From the NCBI GenBank assembly GCA_039811685.1, contig JBDHZC010000004.1, positions 224,001 to 288,000 of the forward strand: 64,000 nt of DNA. Reading direction: 5' to 3'. Shown here in pieces: positions 1-8,919 of this stretch. Position numbers and translations under genes: made by a program. The notes under the pieces are model-generated. The model had not been told where the DNA came from, searched no databases, and saw nothing but the letters and a program-made list of their open reading frames with translations. The stretch's first letter is position 1, and each line of letters starts with the position of its first letter. The stretch is from Armatimonadota bacterium (GTDB lineage Bacteria > Armatimonadota > UBA5829 > DSUL01).

Positions 1-102
1 AGAACCAGGAGGCCCGGTGATAGCTCGGCTTCCGTCCATAGGTTGCTCCACGGCCCGCTGCTGTTCGGGTGTCAGGCGTGCAAAAGGCACGAGCCAAGCC
101 AT
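1..102 (-). CDS. 5' part of a putative SF1 (UvrD-like) helicase / P-loop NTPase, truncated by the window edge
   Basis: Not in the ORF track. ATG at 102, preceded by AAGGAG and 3 nt after the Hsp70 stop. Translation MAWLVPFARLTPEQQRAVEQPMDGSRAITGPPGS gives a Q-motif plus the start of Walker A. Confidence 0.8.
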   Translation of the reverse strand, partial: MAWLVPFARLTPEQQRAVEQPMDGSRAITGPPGS

Positions 103-105
103 TTG

Positions 106-2499
106 CTACTCCTTCCCGCTGGGACCGATTGGGAGCACCCCTCCTCCGTCTTCTCCATTGCCACCCATCTTTCGGCGACGGCTTTCTTCGTCACAAGCCG
201 AAAGGAGTTTGTTGTCTCCTACCATACGCGCTGCAAGGCGCAGCCAGCCCACCTCCCAATCCTCCAGAGCTTCAACAGGTCCGAACGTCTCAAGAGCTTG
301 CGACAGCGCTGCATCTCGCCCGTCCTTGTCGCCTTGCCCGCTTAGGATTTTAGCGTAGAGAACGAGGTAGCCTGCTTCCCGTTCGCGTTCCAAAGCTTGC
401 TCAACCAACAAACGCGCTTTTTGAAGTTCACCGCGATGCTCGAGAGAATCGGCGAGGTTAAATAGGGGCCCACCCCAGTTTGTGCCAGCTTGGGCCGCGG
501 CCGTGTAGAAAGTCTCCTCCCGTTTATGATCGCCTAACCGCCCTGCGTAGATTCCGGCCAAGTTCAGCAGGCCCGGTTGCGGAGTACCGGCGATTGTATT
601 TGCTGTCTTTAGATGACTGAGAGCCCGCTCGAATTGCCTTACCTCTGCACAGAGTACCGCGAGCTCCCGGAACGCGGCCACGCGGGCCCATCCCGCGTAA
701 TCTCCTGTTCTAATCTTTTCCTCGATCTCAATAATCTTACCGCGAGTCTCGTTTGGGTCGACCACGTGGGTCAGAGGCCGTTCAACTGTGAGGCCGAATG
801 GACTCCCCGGCGCTCCAGCGCGAAATGCCCGTATTGCCAGCATCTGGTTGTCGTCCATATGATACTGAACTACTAGGGATTCCCCCTTGGTCACCGGTCC
901 CGAGATCCTCCAAATCGCAGATTGCAGCCGACGCTGGGCACGTCCGTCGTCAGCCGTCAGATCGATCCGAAGATCCAATGATTCAGCTGTCTCCGGTATG
1001 CTAAGGGTGTCTATCTGGCCCCAGCCGTCCGCAGGATATGGCACAGCTTCGCCCTTGGGAATCAGGGTGAGAATCCCATCTCTTGTGCGGAGGCCGATGC
1101 TATCGCTCAGAACTGGCTGAATAAGACCCGCGCCAAAAAGGCGCAGTGCCAATGAGTGCAAGGCTGCCCCCTCGGCGACGGCAGTCTGTATCTGTCCGTG
1201 GTCGTCAAAAGTCCGCACTTGTGCTTGAGGCCCCAGGTGTTGTTCCAGCGCCTCCACAACCTGTGGAATCAGGCTGCTGCCGCCGACGAGTAGCACTGTA
1301 TCCACGTCGGTTGGTCGCAAATTAGAGCGGGCTAGCGCATCATCCAGCGGCGCAAAGATGGAGCATGTGACGCCGTAATCACCCTCAATAGGCACTGTGA
1401 TGTCTTCGTCGAGAAACGGAGCGAGGATTGCCTCGAACTGTTCTAGCGTGAGAGAGGGGCTGGGTAGCAGAAGCTGCCTGCCATTTAACACACACTGATG
1501 GCTTGATGGAAGTACTGCAGTGTGGCGATCGGTATCTGTCGGATCGAAACGCTTGAAATCCTTGAGCCTTCGTACGCTGTTGCACAGCGATATCTTCAGT
1601 GACTCAGCCACGCCGAGAAGGGCTGGCTCCAGGAAGTACTTTCGCTCCTTGAACTCTATTTCGCTGGACGATATCCCATTTGCTTCGAGCAATGCAGGAA
1701 TCAGGACTTCATGTACAATGGAGTTATCAATGTCACCACCACCAAGCCGGTGGTAACGAGACACCGCTAGCGGAGCCACGCTTATCGGACGCTCCGGTGA
1801 CTGGCGCGTGAGCTGAAGTACCGCTATGTCGCAGGTGCCGCCGCCGAAGTCGAACACCACAAGGCGCGACGAGCCGCAGCGCTGCAGGGGATCCTCGTCT
1901 GGTAGGCCGTTGAGAAAAGTCAGAAACGCTCCAATCGGCTCATCAAGCAGATCCCCCGGCATTATCTGTATGCCTGCTTCGCGTGCCGCCTCCACAGTGT
2001 CCGAGCGCTGGGGCACCTGGAACGAGGCAGGTACCGTAACGACGGCCCTCTGAATGGCCGTGTCGTCGCGCAGCGTTTCCACCAGACACCCTAAAACTTT
2101 CGCTGCGATGTCGCGTGCGCATCGAAAGCCTTCCGGCGCCTGGTTGTAAGTGCGCGTAATGCCCATTTCATTCTTGCATTCGTAGAACAGGTCCCGGTAA
2201 GGTAAGAGGTTATACTCGGTGCTCTCAGCTCTTAGCCGCTTGGCGCCTTCCCCGACAAGTACCCGGTTTGGCAGAACAGCCACCACCGAAGGGAACAGCG
2301 GACTCGTAGTATTGCCGGCATTTAGTGTCTCTTGGGGAATATCGAGGCAACGCACCTGGACGCTCTCTGGCTGGTTTGGATCCCAGCTTGCCTCGGCGAC
2401 AGTTGAATTCGTTGTACCGAGATCAATGCCAATTCCCGTTACGGCTTCATCGGGTACGTCGTTCTGTCGTGCTGCCATAAGTTCACTGAAGTAGCTCAT
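106..2499 (-). CDS. Atypical Hsp70-family ATPase with C-terminal TPR-like repeats
   Basis: GIDLGTTNS, VVFDFGGGTCD, LGGGDID, LLVGGSS and AVAEGAA actin/Hsp70 motifs. Degenerate beta-sandwich region, then helical TPR-like repeats. AAAGGA RBS. Confidence 0.85.
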   Translation of the reverse strand: MSYFSELMAARQNDVPDEAVTGIGIDLGTTNSTVAEASWDPNQPESVQVRCLDIPQETLNAGNTTSPLFPSVVAVLPNRVLVGEGAKRLRAESTEYNLLPYRDLFYECKNEMGITRTYNQAPEGFRCARDIAAKVLGCLVETLRDDTAIQRAVVTVPASFQVPQRSDTVEAAREAGIQIMPGDLLDEPIGAFLTFLNGLPDEDPLQRCGSSRLVVFDFGGGTCDIAVLQLTRQSPERPISVAPLAVSRYHRLGGGDIDNSIVHEVLIPALLEANGISSSEIEFKERKYFLEPALLGVAESLKISLCNSVRRLKDFKRFDPTDTDRHTAVLPSSHQCVLNGRQLLLPSPSLTLEQFEAILAPFLDEDITVPIEGDYGVTCSIFAPLDDALARSNLRPTDVDTVLLVGGSSLIPQVVEALEQHLGPQAQVRTFDDHGQIQTAVAEGAALHSLALRLFGAGLIQPVLSDSIGLRTRDGILTLIPKGEAVPYPADGWGQIDTLSIPETAESLDLRIDLTADDGRAQRRLQSAIWRISGPVTKGESLVVQYHMDDNQMLAIRAFRAGAPGSPFGLTVERPLTHVVDPNETRGKIIEIEEKIRTGDYAGWARVAAFRELAVLCAEVRQFERALSHLKTANTIAGTPQPGLLNLAGIYAGRLGDHKREETFYTAAAQAGTNWGGPLFNLADSLEHRGELQKARLLVEQALEREREAGYLVLYAKILSGQGDKDGRDAALSQALETFGPVEALEDWEVGWLRLAARMVGDNKLLSACDEESRRRKMGGNGEDGGGVLPIGPSGKE

Positions 2500-2542
2500 G
2501 CGATTCCTTTCTTGCCAAGTTTGTGATGAGTTCCTTCCACCC

Positions 2543-5338
2543 TCACACGTCGTACACCTTCAGCACCTCATCACCATAGTGGTTGATGACTTTGACGGCG
2601 ATTTTGCCGGATTCGGGACGGGCGAAGGGGCGGCTTGTGGTGAGGTAGAGATCGGCCCACGCAGCTTCGTCCACCTCCGCTCGGAGCGCTCTCTTCAGTT
2701 TGTCGTATGGCTCGCCTGCGCCTGTGAAATAGGCGTGGCGCACGAAGAAGCTCTCTTCGTTGTAGCTCGTGTCTATGAACCAGGCGGCGATCTCGTCGGT
2801 TGCGTCTGACCGGAGCTCGCCAGTCGTCGGATCGTAGATGTCCACACCGCGGATAGTCACCTGCACCTGGTCGCCAGACAAGTGGCTCACCACGATATCC
2901 GGCTCTCCGAAGATCATGAAGAGGTTTCCGGCGCCGGTTTTCTTCAGGAGTTCGTCGCCCATCGTGAGGTCGGCGTTGATCCTTGTGGGAAGGACGACGA
3001 GGTTTCCGTAGCGCTTCGTCTCCTCGCCGACGTGTGGATCGAAGGCGAGGCCGGCGATGAGGAGCGTGTCGAATCCAGCGCCCTTCACAGCCTCCTTGGC
3101 GGCTTCACGTACGAGGTCCGGCGTGACGGTCCCAAACTCCGGGCCCACACAGACGGCCACCCGCTTTGTGGTCTCCCCTTCCGTATATTCACCGGCCGCG
3201 TGCAACCACTCGCCAGGGTAGATGTCCAGACGGTCGAACTTCAGCCGCTCACCCTTGACGGTGTTCTGGACACCGGCCTTCTTCATGTTTTCGATGATGG
3301 TGACGCCAAACTCGCCCGCTCCGCGGATAGAGAACTGGTAGCCGTCCTCCGTCGGCTTTTCAAGCTCTTTTTTGCTCTGCACGGATATCTGGCGGTGAGG
3401 AGACAGGCTTTCGACGGTGAAAGGGCCTGTAACGCGGATGCGCTTGTTGTCTTCGTAGGGCTTGTCGTAGAGAAACTCGGCGTCGGCCCGGCGGGCGATG
3501 CTGGCGTCAATCTCCTGCTGGCGCTCCCGGCGCAGGTCCCACCATTTCTTCAGCAGGGCCTCCGCCTCACTGCCCACTGGCTTCTTCCCGCTGTCCCCTG
3601 TCCGCGGCACTTCCCACTCTTCCCAGCTCTTTCCGAAGGCCTGGTTGATTTTTGCTCGCAAGTCCTCCAGCGCGGGCTGCCACTTTTCGTGGATGGTGTC
3701 TATCTCTTCGTTGTTGGCGATGGATTTCAGCGTGATGTGCGGCACGCGCTGGTAAACAAAGCCGCGCTTGATGTCGTGGCCAGTGGTCAGTGATTGGTGG
3801 TCAGTGGGCAGTGAGGCGTGGTCGGCTTCCAGCCCTCTGATTTCGGACTCTTTCTTGCGCCCCTCGGGGGAATCGGCCAGCAGGTAGTAAGGAAACTTCG
3901 CGCACATAAGGCGTGTGCGGGCAAGGGTCAGCGCTACGCGAGAGGTGTCGCAGGTGATCCAGCGGCGTCCCCACTGCTCCGCTACGTACGCCGTCGTGCC
4001 GCTGCCGCAGGTGGGGTCCAGGACGAGGTCGCCGGGGTCGGTGGTCATGAGGAGGCAACGCTCGATCACACGGCGCGCGGTCTGGACCACATACTGCTTG
4101 TCTTCGCTCCAGCCTGCTATGACGGTGTCAGTCCAGAGAGCGTTCAGTGGGACAGCACCGAAATCGTCGAGGAACCTAATGTACCCTGCCGAACTGCGCC
4201 GCGCGGAAACGCGACCGGCAGTGATCAGACGCGCCATACCTTCAGGGTTCGACTTGTAGCTGTTCGCATATGTGCGCCCGTTCACTACCACCTCGAATAC
4301 AGGGTTGCCTTGTGTCGCCAAATTGTCGTGGCGGAACAGCTTGCTGCCGGCCGGCAGCTGTTGTATCGCAGCTAAATCATCTGTCGGGAGTGTGCGGGTA
4401 CTTCCGTCAGGCAGCATTGCATAGCGGTATTCTGCTGTGCCGCCACCGCCCAACTCCTTGTTTAGGTAAAGCTGATGGTACTTCACAGCCTCTCGGTTCT
4501 TCGTGTACCACAGCAGATAGTCTGCAACCCCGGTCAGCAAGCGCGACTGGAAACCGCTGGTTTTCGCAAAGACTATCTCGCCGCAGGAATTCTCACTCCC
4601 AAACACCTCGTCCAGAAGGCACCGCACCAGGTGCACGTTCTCATCACCAATCTGCACGAACACGCTGCCGGATTCAGTGAGAAGCTCGCGGGCGACGACC
4701 AGCCTGTCGCGGAGATACGCGAGGTACGAGTGGATGCCGTACTCCCACGTGTCCCGGAACGCCCGGACCTGCTCCGGCTGGCGCGTCAGGTCAGAGGCTG
4801 CCCCGTCCTTCACATCGCGCTTGCGCGTGGACACCTGCCAGTTGCTGCCGAACTTGATGCCGTAGGGCGGGTCTATGTAGATCATCTGGACCTGCCCCTT
4901 CAGCCCCTCCTTCTCCGCCAGCGAGTTCATCACCAGCAGGCTGTCGCCCAGGATCATCCTGTTGGACCAGTGGTTGGCGTGCTCGTAGAACTGAATCTGT
5001 TCCTCGAACGGCAGGCCGTTGAAGGCATCGCCGAACAGATCGAGCTGGGCGGGGGGCGCTGGAGACGCTTGGGCGCTCGCCTGCCGCCGGAAGTCCTCGA
5101 TAATCGCCTGCGGGTGAATCTTCTCCTGAATGTAGATGGGGACAGACAGCACGGACAGGTCCTCAGCGTCCTGCTGGTCCTTGCCCTTCCACACAAGCTG
5201 GGGGTCCAGCGACGGATCGCGCGGATACAGCACCGCCTTCGGCTTCTGCTCGTCCTCGCTTACAAACCCTCGAAGCTCCTCCGTCGGTATGTTCGGCCGG
5301 GTGTCGGAATGGGTGATGTTCTCAATCTTCTTGTTCAT
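2543..5338 (-). CDS. Type III-like RM methyltransferase (Mod), beta-class amino-MTase
   Basis: Motif IV YIDPPY precedes motif I LDPTCGSGTT. Start set at MNKKIE (5338). Confidence 0.9.
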   Translation of the reverse strand: MNKKIENITHSDTRPNIPTEELRGFVSEDEQKPKAVLYPRDPSLDPQLVWKGKDQQDAEDLSVLSVPIYIQEKIHPQAIIEDFRRQASAQASPAPPAQLDLFGDAFNGLPFEEQIQFYEHANHWSNRMILGDSLLVMNSLAEKEGLKGQVQMIYIDPPYGIKFGSNWQVSTRKRDVKDGAASDLTRQPEQVRAFRDTWEYGIHSYLAYLRDRLVVARELLTESGSVFVQIGDENVHLVRCLLDEVFGSENSCGEIVFAKTSGFQSRLLTGVADYLLWYTKNREAVKYHQLYLNKELGGGGTAEYRYAMLPDGSTRTLPTDDLAAIQQLPAGSKLFRHDNLATQGNPVFEVVVNGRTYANSYKSNPEGMARLITAGRVSARRSSAGYIRFLDDFGAVPLNALWTDTVIAGWSEDKQYVVQTARRVIERCLLMTTDPGDLVLDPTCGSGTTAYVAEQWGRRWITCDTSRVALTLARTRLMCAKFPYYLLADSPEGRKKESEIRGLEADHASLPTDHQSLTTGHDIKRGFVYQRVPHITLKSIANNEEIDTIHEKWQPALEDLRAKINQAFGKSWEEWEVPRTGDSGKKPVGSEAEALLKKWWDLRRERQQEIDASIARRADAEFLYDKPYEDNKRIRVTGPFTVESLSPHRQISVQSKKELEKPTEDGYQFSIRGAGEFGVTIIENMKKAGVQNTVKGERLKFDRLDIYPGEWLHAAGEYTEGETTKRVAVCVGPEFGTVTPDLVREAAKEAVKGAGFDTLLIAGLAFDPHVGEETKRYGNLVVLPTRINADLTMGDELLKKTGAGNLFMIFGEPDIVVSHLSGDQVQVTIRGVDIYDPTTGELRSDATDEIAAWFIDTSYNEESFFVRHAYFTGAGEPYDKLKRALRAEVDEAAWADLYLTTSRPFARPESGKIAVKVINHYGDEVLKVYDV
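3563..3818. repeat. Perfect 17-bp inverted repeat (3563-3579 / 3802-3818) within degenerate heptamer arrays inside Mod
   Basis: CGCCTCACTGCCCACTG versus CAGTGGGCAGTGAGGCG. Heptamers CAGTGGT CAGTGAT TGGTGGT CAGTGGG CAGTGAG GCGTGGT at 3781-3822. Confidence 0.85.
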
Positions 5339-5921
5339 GGGTCCTCTGGGCCTCATGGGACGCACGCTGAATGTTACGTTGCCGCAGCCGCGCCCGCGTC
5401 ATGCGCTCGCGCAGGCCACCTTCCTCAAGGAAGGACTTCTCCAGGCTTCTCAGCAGGCGGTCCAGCAGATAGTTCGTCTGGTGAATCAGGCAGATGATGG
5501 TGTTTGCCGCGACCTCCGGAGGCGCGTGGGCCACACGAGTCTCATAAGTCTTATAGGACACATGCTCCCCGTACGCCAGCTTCCGGATTACCTGCGCCTG
5601 CGGGTGGTTTTTGTCCCACGCCGGCAGTTTGCGCGTGCGCAGAAAGTCGCGGTAGTCCTCCAGAAGCTCCTCCAGACTGGCGCGCGCGACGTTCATCAGC
5701 TTGATTTCCGTCTCTTTGGAGGTCGCCGAAGCCATGCTCCCTTCCACGATGTTTTGCTTGCCAGACCTTGCCGCCTGAATCATCTGATCGTGTGTCCGGC
5801 TGCGCCTGTCAACAAAGCGCTGACAAAAGGCGGCCGTCGCGTCATAGACGATCCTGGCTTTCTGGTAGGCCGCAAGGTCCTGGTAGCCTCCGTGCTTCGG
5901 GATGAAGCCTGCTTCAGACAT
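5322..5921 (-). CDS. Four-helix-bundle protein (23S rRNA-IVP/Avd-like, suffix-domain type)
   Basis: GGYQDLAAYQKA, DQMIQAARSGKQNIVEGS, ARASLEELLEDY and C-terminal FLEEGGLRERM. Confidence 0.85.
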   Translation of the reverse strand: MSEAGFIPKHGGYQDLAAYQKARIVYDATAAFCQRFVDRRSRTHDQMIQAARSGKQNIVEGSMASATSKETEIKLMNVARASLEELLEDYRDFLRTRKLPAWDKNHPQAQVIRKLAYGEHVSYKTYETRVAHAPPEVAANTIICLIHQTNYLLDRLLRSLEKSFLEEGGLRERMTRARLRQRNIQRASHEAQRTHEQED

Positions 5922-5953
5922 CGGCATGGGTCTTGTGGGTCTCATGGGACGCA
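5336..5953. repeat. 29-bp direct repeats (5336-5364, 5925-5953) built from 9-mers, flanking the four-helix-bundle gene
   Basis: CATGGGTCCTCTGGGCCTCATGGGACGCA versus CATGGGTCTTGTGGGTCTCATGGGACGCA (26/29 identical). Related 9-mers at 5534-5564. Confidence 0.85.
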
Positions 5954-8919
5954 TGATGGAGCCAGGCCCGTATCGTCTGCTTCGCATCCCACGGATCGCT
6001 TATCTCCAGGAACGCCCAGCGGCCGTAGCCGCCGTGGTTGTTGATGGCTGGAACCCACAGTGTCCGGGCCGTAGCGGTCTTCGCCGTCTTGTCCTTTCTC
6101 TTTTCACCGGAGCACTCGAGGATCAGGTTCAGCGTCTGTCCGTCCCCCTGCCGGACGTGGCAGATGAAGTCCGGGATGTAGCTGCGCTCCTCCCCGGAAA
6201 GCGAATAGGGAATTGTGAAGCCGAGGTTGTGGTTCTTGACGTAGTGTGCGACTTCGACCATCTCCTCCAGCGCCTGCGCAAGTTTTTGCTCCCACGACTC
6301 CGTGTCGGCCACGACGTGCGAGATGTGGCACTTTTCCGGATCGGTCGCATACACCGGGCGCGTTGTGTCGAAGTCCACGTAGCGCGTGGAGCCGACGGTG
6401 TCATACGGTCGCAGGATCGGTATCAGCCGCTTTTCGCCCTCCTGGGACGCCACAATCGCCCTGTAGATACGGTCGGCGGCGTCGTGCTGAAACTGGGTCA
6501 GGAGCATAAGCTGCGGGAAGCAGTTGTCCTTGCAGGTGAGGCATTCCTCAAGCCAGCGGCGGGCGATTTCGACCAGATCCGGGAAGTACCAGTGTTTGAT
6601 ATTACCCTCTTCGTCCCGGAAGTACGCCTCGAGCGTCCGTTTGGCCAGGATAAAGGCCACCTCTTGCATTCGGTGTTTGCGAAGGTCATCCAGGTTGTGA
6701 ATAACGGTTTCACCGACAAAGGCGCCCATCTTCGTGCGAGTGGTAACATCTTCGGTCGTGAGGGCGAAGCGTGAATCCTCTGTGAAATCTGCGGTCAGCC
6801 GCTCCGCGGGAAACTCATAGCGGTATCCCGAAACACGCGGGAAGGTGATCTCGCATGCAATCCGGTCTTCCAGCGCCCGGACGCGCGTGGGGATCGGTCC
6901 GGGTTTCGGGTCGGTCATCGAACCGGCCGCCGGGATAAAGGAAAACGGAACGCCGTACACCTCTGCGTATTCTGCGGGGAACAGCCCGTTGTCATCCGGC
7001 TGATGGCTCATTCGGCGCAGCCCGCGTCCAACCACCTGCTCACAGAGGAGCTGTGTCCCAAATGCGCGTACCCCGAGGATATGGGTCACGGTGTTCGCAT
7101 CCCAGCCTTCGGTGAGCATTGAGACTGAGACAACGCAGCGCACATGCTCCCCCAGCTTTCCCCGTTTACCGACCGTGTTCATAACCTCGCGCAGCAGGTC
7201 CTCATCGGTCAACTTGCTGGCGTCGCGTCCAGGGAAGCGCGCTACATACTCCGCCTTGAACTCCTCGATCTCGGCGGCGGCTATCTTCTTGAACTCATCG
7301 CTCATCGCCTCGCCCGATTCGAGCTGCTCGCTGTCAATCAGAATCGTGTTCGGACGGTGCAGCCACTGGCCGTGCTCGACATTGCTGAAAAGAGGGAGCG
7401 CCCCGGGCACATTGACCGTCTGGCCATCTTCGAGCGGTTTCTCCCATCCGGCGATGAAGTCGAAGACGAGCTTCGAAACGTTCGTGTTGTTGCAGACGAC
7501 AATGAACACCGGCGGAACGCCGGAATTACCGGCGTCATCTGTGCTCTGCTCCCACTGCCGGTAGTATTTCTCGTAGTTGCCGTAAAGGCTGCGAATGGCG
7601 CCTTCCAGCTCTGCTGGCAGCTTTGGTTCAACGGGAGCAGCCTCCGTGCCGCGGCCTTTTTTCGGGAGATCGTCCCGGATGCGCGTCCACAGATCGCGGT
7701 ACGTCGGCTGGTCGCCCGTCATGGAATCGTCCGCTACGGGCACGCGCGGGACTTTCACGATGCCGGACTCGATGGCGTCCACGAGAGAGAAGTCCGAGAC
7801 AACCCACGGGAACAACATCCCTTCCGGATAGCCTGACCCGCGAAGGAAGAACGGTGTTGCGGACAGATCGTAGATGGCCTTTACACCTATCTTGTTCTTG
7901 ACCGCCTCAATGCCTGATATCCAGACGCGGGCTGCTTCGTCGCGCTTCTGCGCCTCTTTGCGCTCATCGCCGGTCAGCTTTTCTTCGGGGGCTTCCGGCT
8001 TGCGCCTGTAGCAGTGGTGCGCTTCGTCGTTGATGACGATGATGTTCTTCTTCGAGCCAAATTGCCGGCACACTCTGCGCACCATTTCATCGGGCGTCTC
8101 CGTGAACGTCGAGCTTGACGAACCTCCACGCGACTGCAGCACCTCTTTGGTGAGCTTCCCGGCCGAGATCTTTTCCCGGTGGAGGAATGCGTGGTAGTTC
8201 GTGATGAGGATATTGGCCTGACCGAGATCTTCGCGCATGTCGGCGGGCACAACATCCATAGTCCGGTAGTAGTTGTCCCCGTCGTTTGGGAGCAACACGC
8301 GCAGGCGGTCTTTGATGGTGATTCCCGGCGTGATAATCAGAAAAGTATCGGAAAAGCGCGTGTCCTGCCGGTTTGCCAGCTTGTTGAGGGTGTGCCAGGC
8401 GATAAGCATGGCCATAACGACCGTCTTGCCAGTTCCCGTGGCCATCTTGAGCGCAAGGCGGTCCAAACCGGGATTGCTGGCGTTGTTGAAGTCTTTCAGC
8501 TTTGTGGCCAGGGACGCATCGCCCATTTTGCCCGCGCACTCGGTTAGGTAGATCAGAGTCTCCAGCGCTTCGATCTGGCAGAAGTAGAGCCGCCGCTCGC
8601 GATCTTCAGCGGTCCAGTGCGCAAGAAGCTGCCGGGTAACGGGGGTAACGCCTGGTCTGCCCTCCCGCCGCCACAATCCCACGCGCTCGCGCACCAGATT
8701 GATGAAGGTATTCTCTTCGATTCGCTCCTGCGTCCATTCCGTAGCCAGCACAAGCTGTTTGCTTTTCTTCTTGGCTTTTGGGACGGGAATGAAGTAGGAG
8801 CTGCGCCTGCGGCTTTCGACGATGTCGCTCGTGATGCCATCTTCATCGAAGCGGAAGTGGCGGCGGGGCTCCTCAAAAGGAGAGTTGATAACGGGGTTTT
8901 CGATTACGACCTGAGCCAT
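5914..8919 (-). CDS. Type III-like restriction subunit (Res): SF2 helicase plus C-terminal PD-(D/E)xK-like nuclease
   Basis: MATGTGKT, DEAHH, SATP, LTEGWD, QVVGRGLR; YIPDF...LILECSG. Confidence 0.9.
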   Translation of the reverse strand: MAQVVIENPVINSPFEEPRRHFRFDEDGITSDIVESRRRSSYFIPVPKAKKKSKQLVLATEWTQERIEENTFINLVRERVGLWRREGRPGVTPVTRQLLAHWTAEDRERRLYFCQIEALETLIYLTECAGKMGDASLATKLKDFNNASNPGLDRLALKMATGTGKTVVMAMLIAWHTLNKLANRQDTRFSDTFLIITPGITIKDRLRVLLPNDGDNYYRTMDVVPADMREDLGQANILITNYHAFLHREKISAGKLTKEVLQSRGGSSSSTFTETPDEMVRRVCRQFGSKKNIIVINDEAHHCYRRKPEAPEEKLTGDERKEAQKRDEAARVWISGIEAVKNKIGVKAIYDLSATPFFLRGSGYPEGMLFPWVVSDFSLVDAIESGIVKVPRVPVADDSMTGDQPTYRDLWTRIRDDLPKKGRGTEAAPVEPKLPAELEGAIRSLYGNYEKYYRQWEQSTDDAGNSGVPPVFIVVCNNTNVSKLVFDFIAGWEKPLEDGQTVNVPGALPLFSNVEHGQWLHRPNTILIDSEQLESGEAMSDEFKKIAAAEIEEFKAEYVARFPGRDASKLTDEDLLREVMNTVGKRGKLGEHVRCVVSVSMLTEGWDANTVTHILGVRAFGTQLLCEQVVGRGLRRMSHQPDDNGLFPAEYAEVYGVPFSFIPAAGSMTDPKPGPIPTRVRALEDRIACEITFPRVSGYRYEFPAERLTADFTEDSRFALTTEDVTTRTKMGAFVGETVIHNLDDLRKHRMQEVAFILAKRTLEAYFRDEEGNIKHWYFPDLVEIARRWLEECLTCKDNCFPQLMLLTQFQHDAADRIYRAIVASQEGEKRLIPILRPYDTVGSTRYVDFDTTRPVYATDPEKCHISHVVADTESWEQKLAQALEEMVEVAHYVKNHNLGFTIPYSLSGEERSYIPDFICHVRQGDGQTLNLILECSGEKRKDKTAKTATARTLWVPAINNHGGYGRWAFLEISDPWDAKQTIRAWLHHASHETHKTHADV

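Noticed and set aside
5322..5921. Diversity-generating retroelement, suggested by the Avd-like fold
   Set aside because: No reverse transcriptase, and no TR/VR pair differing at adenines, seen in the window.
5336..5953. CRISPR array or IS element from the 29-bp repeats
   Set aside because: Only two copies 589 bp apart, with no cas genes, transposase or terminal inverted repeats.
2882..8551. Long plus-strand ORFs (2882-3793, 4475-5497, 5136-6044, 5902-6774 and others)
   Set aside because: Antisense shadows of the GC-rich RM genes, with no recognisable motifs.
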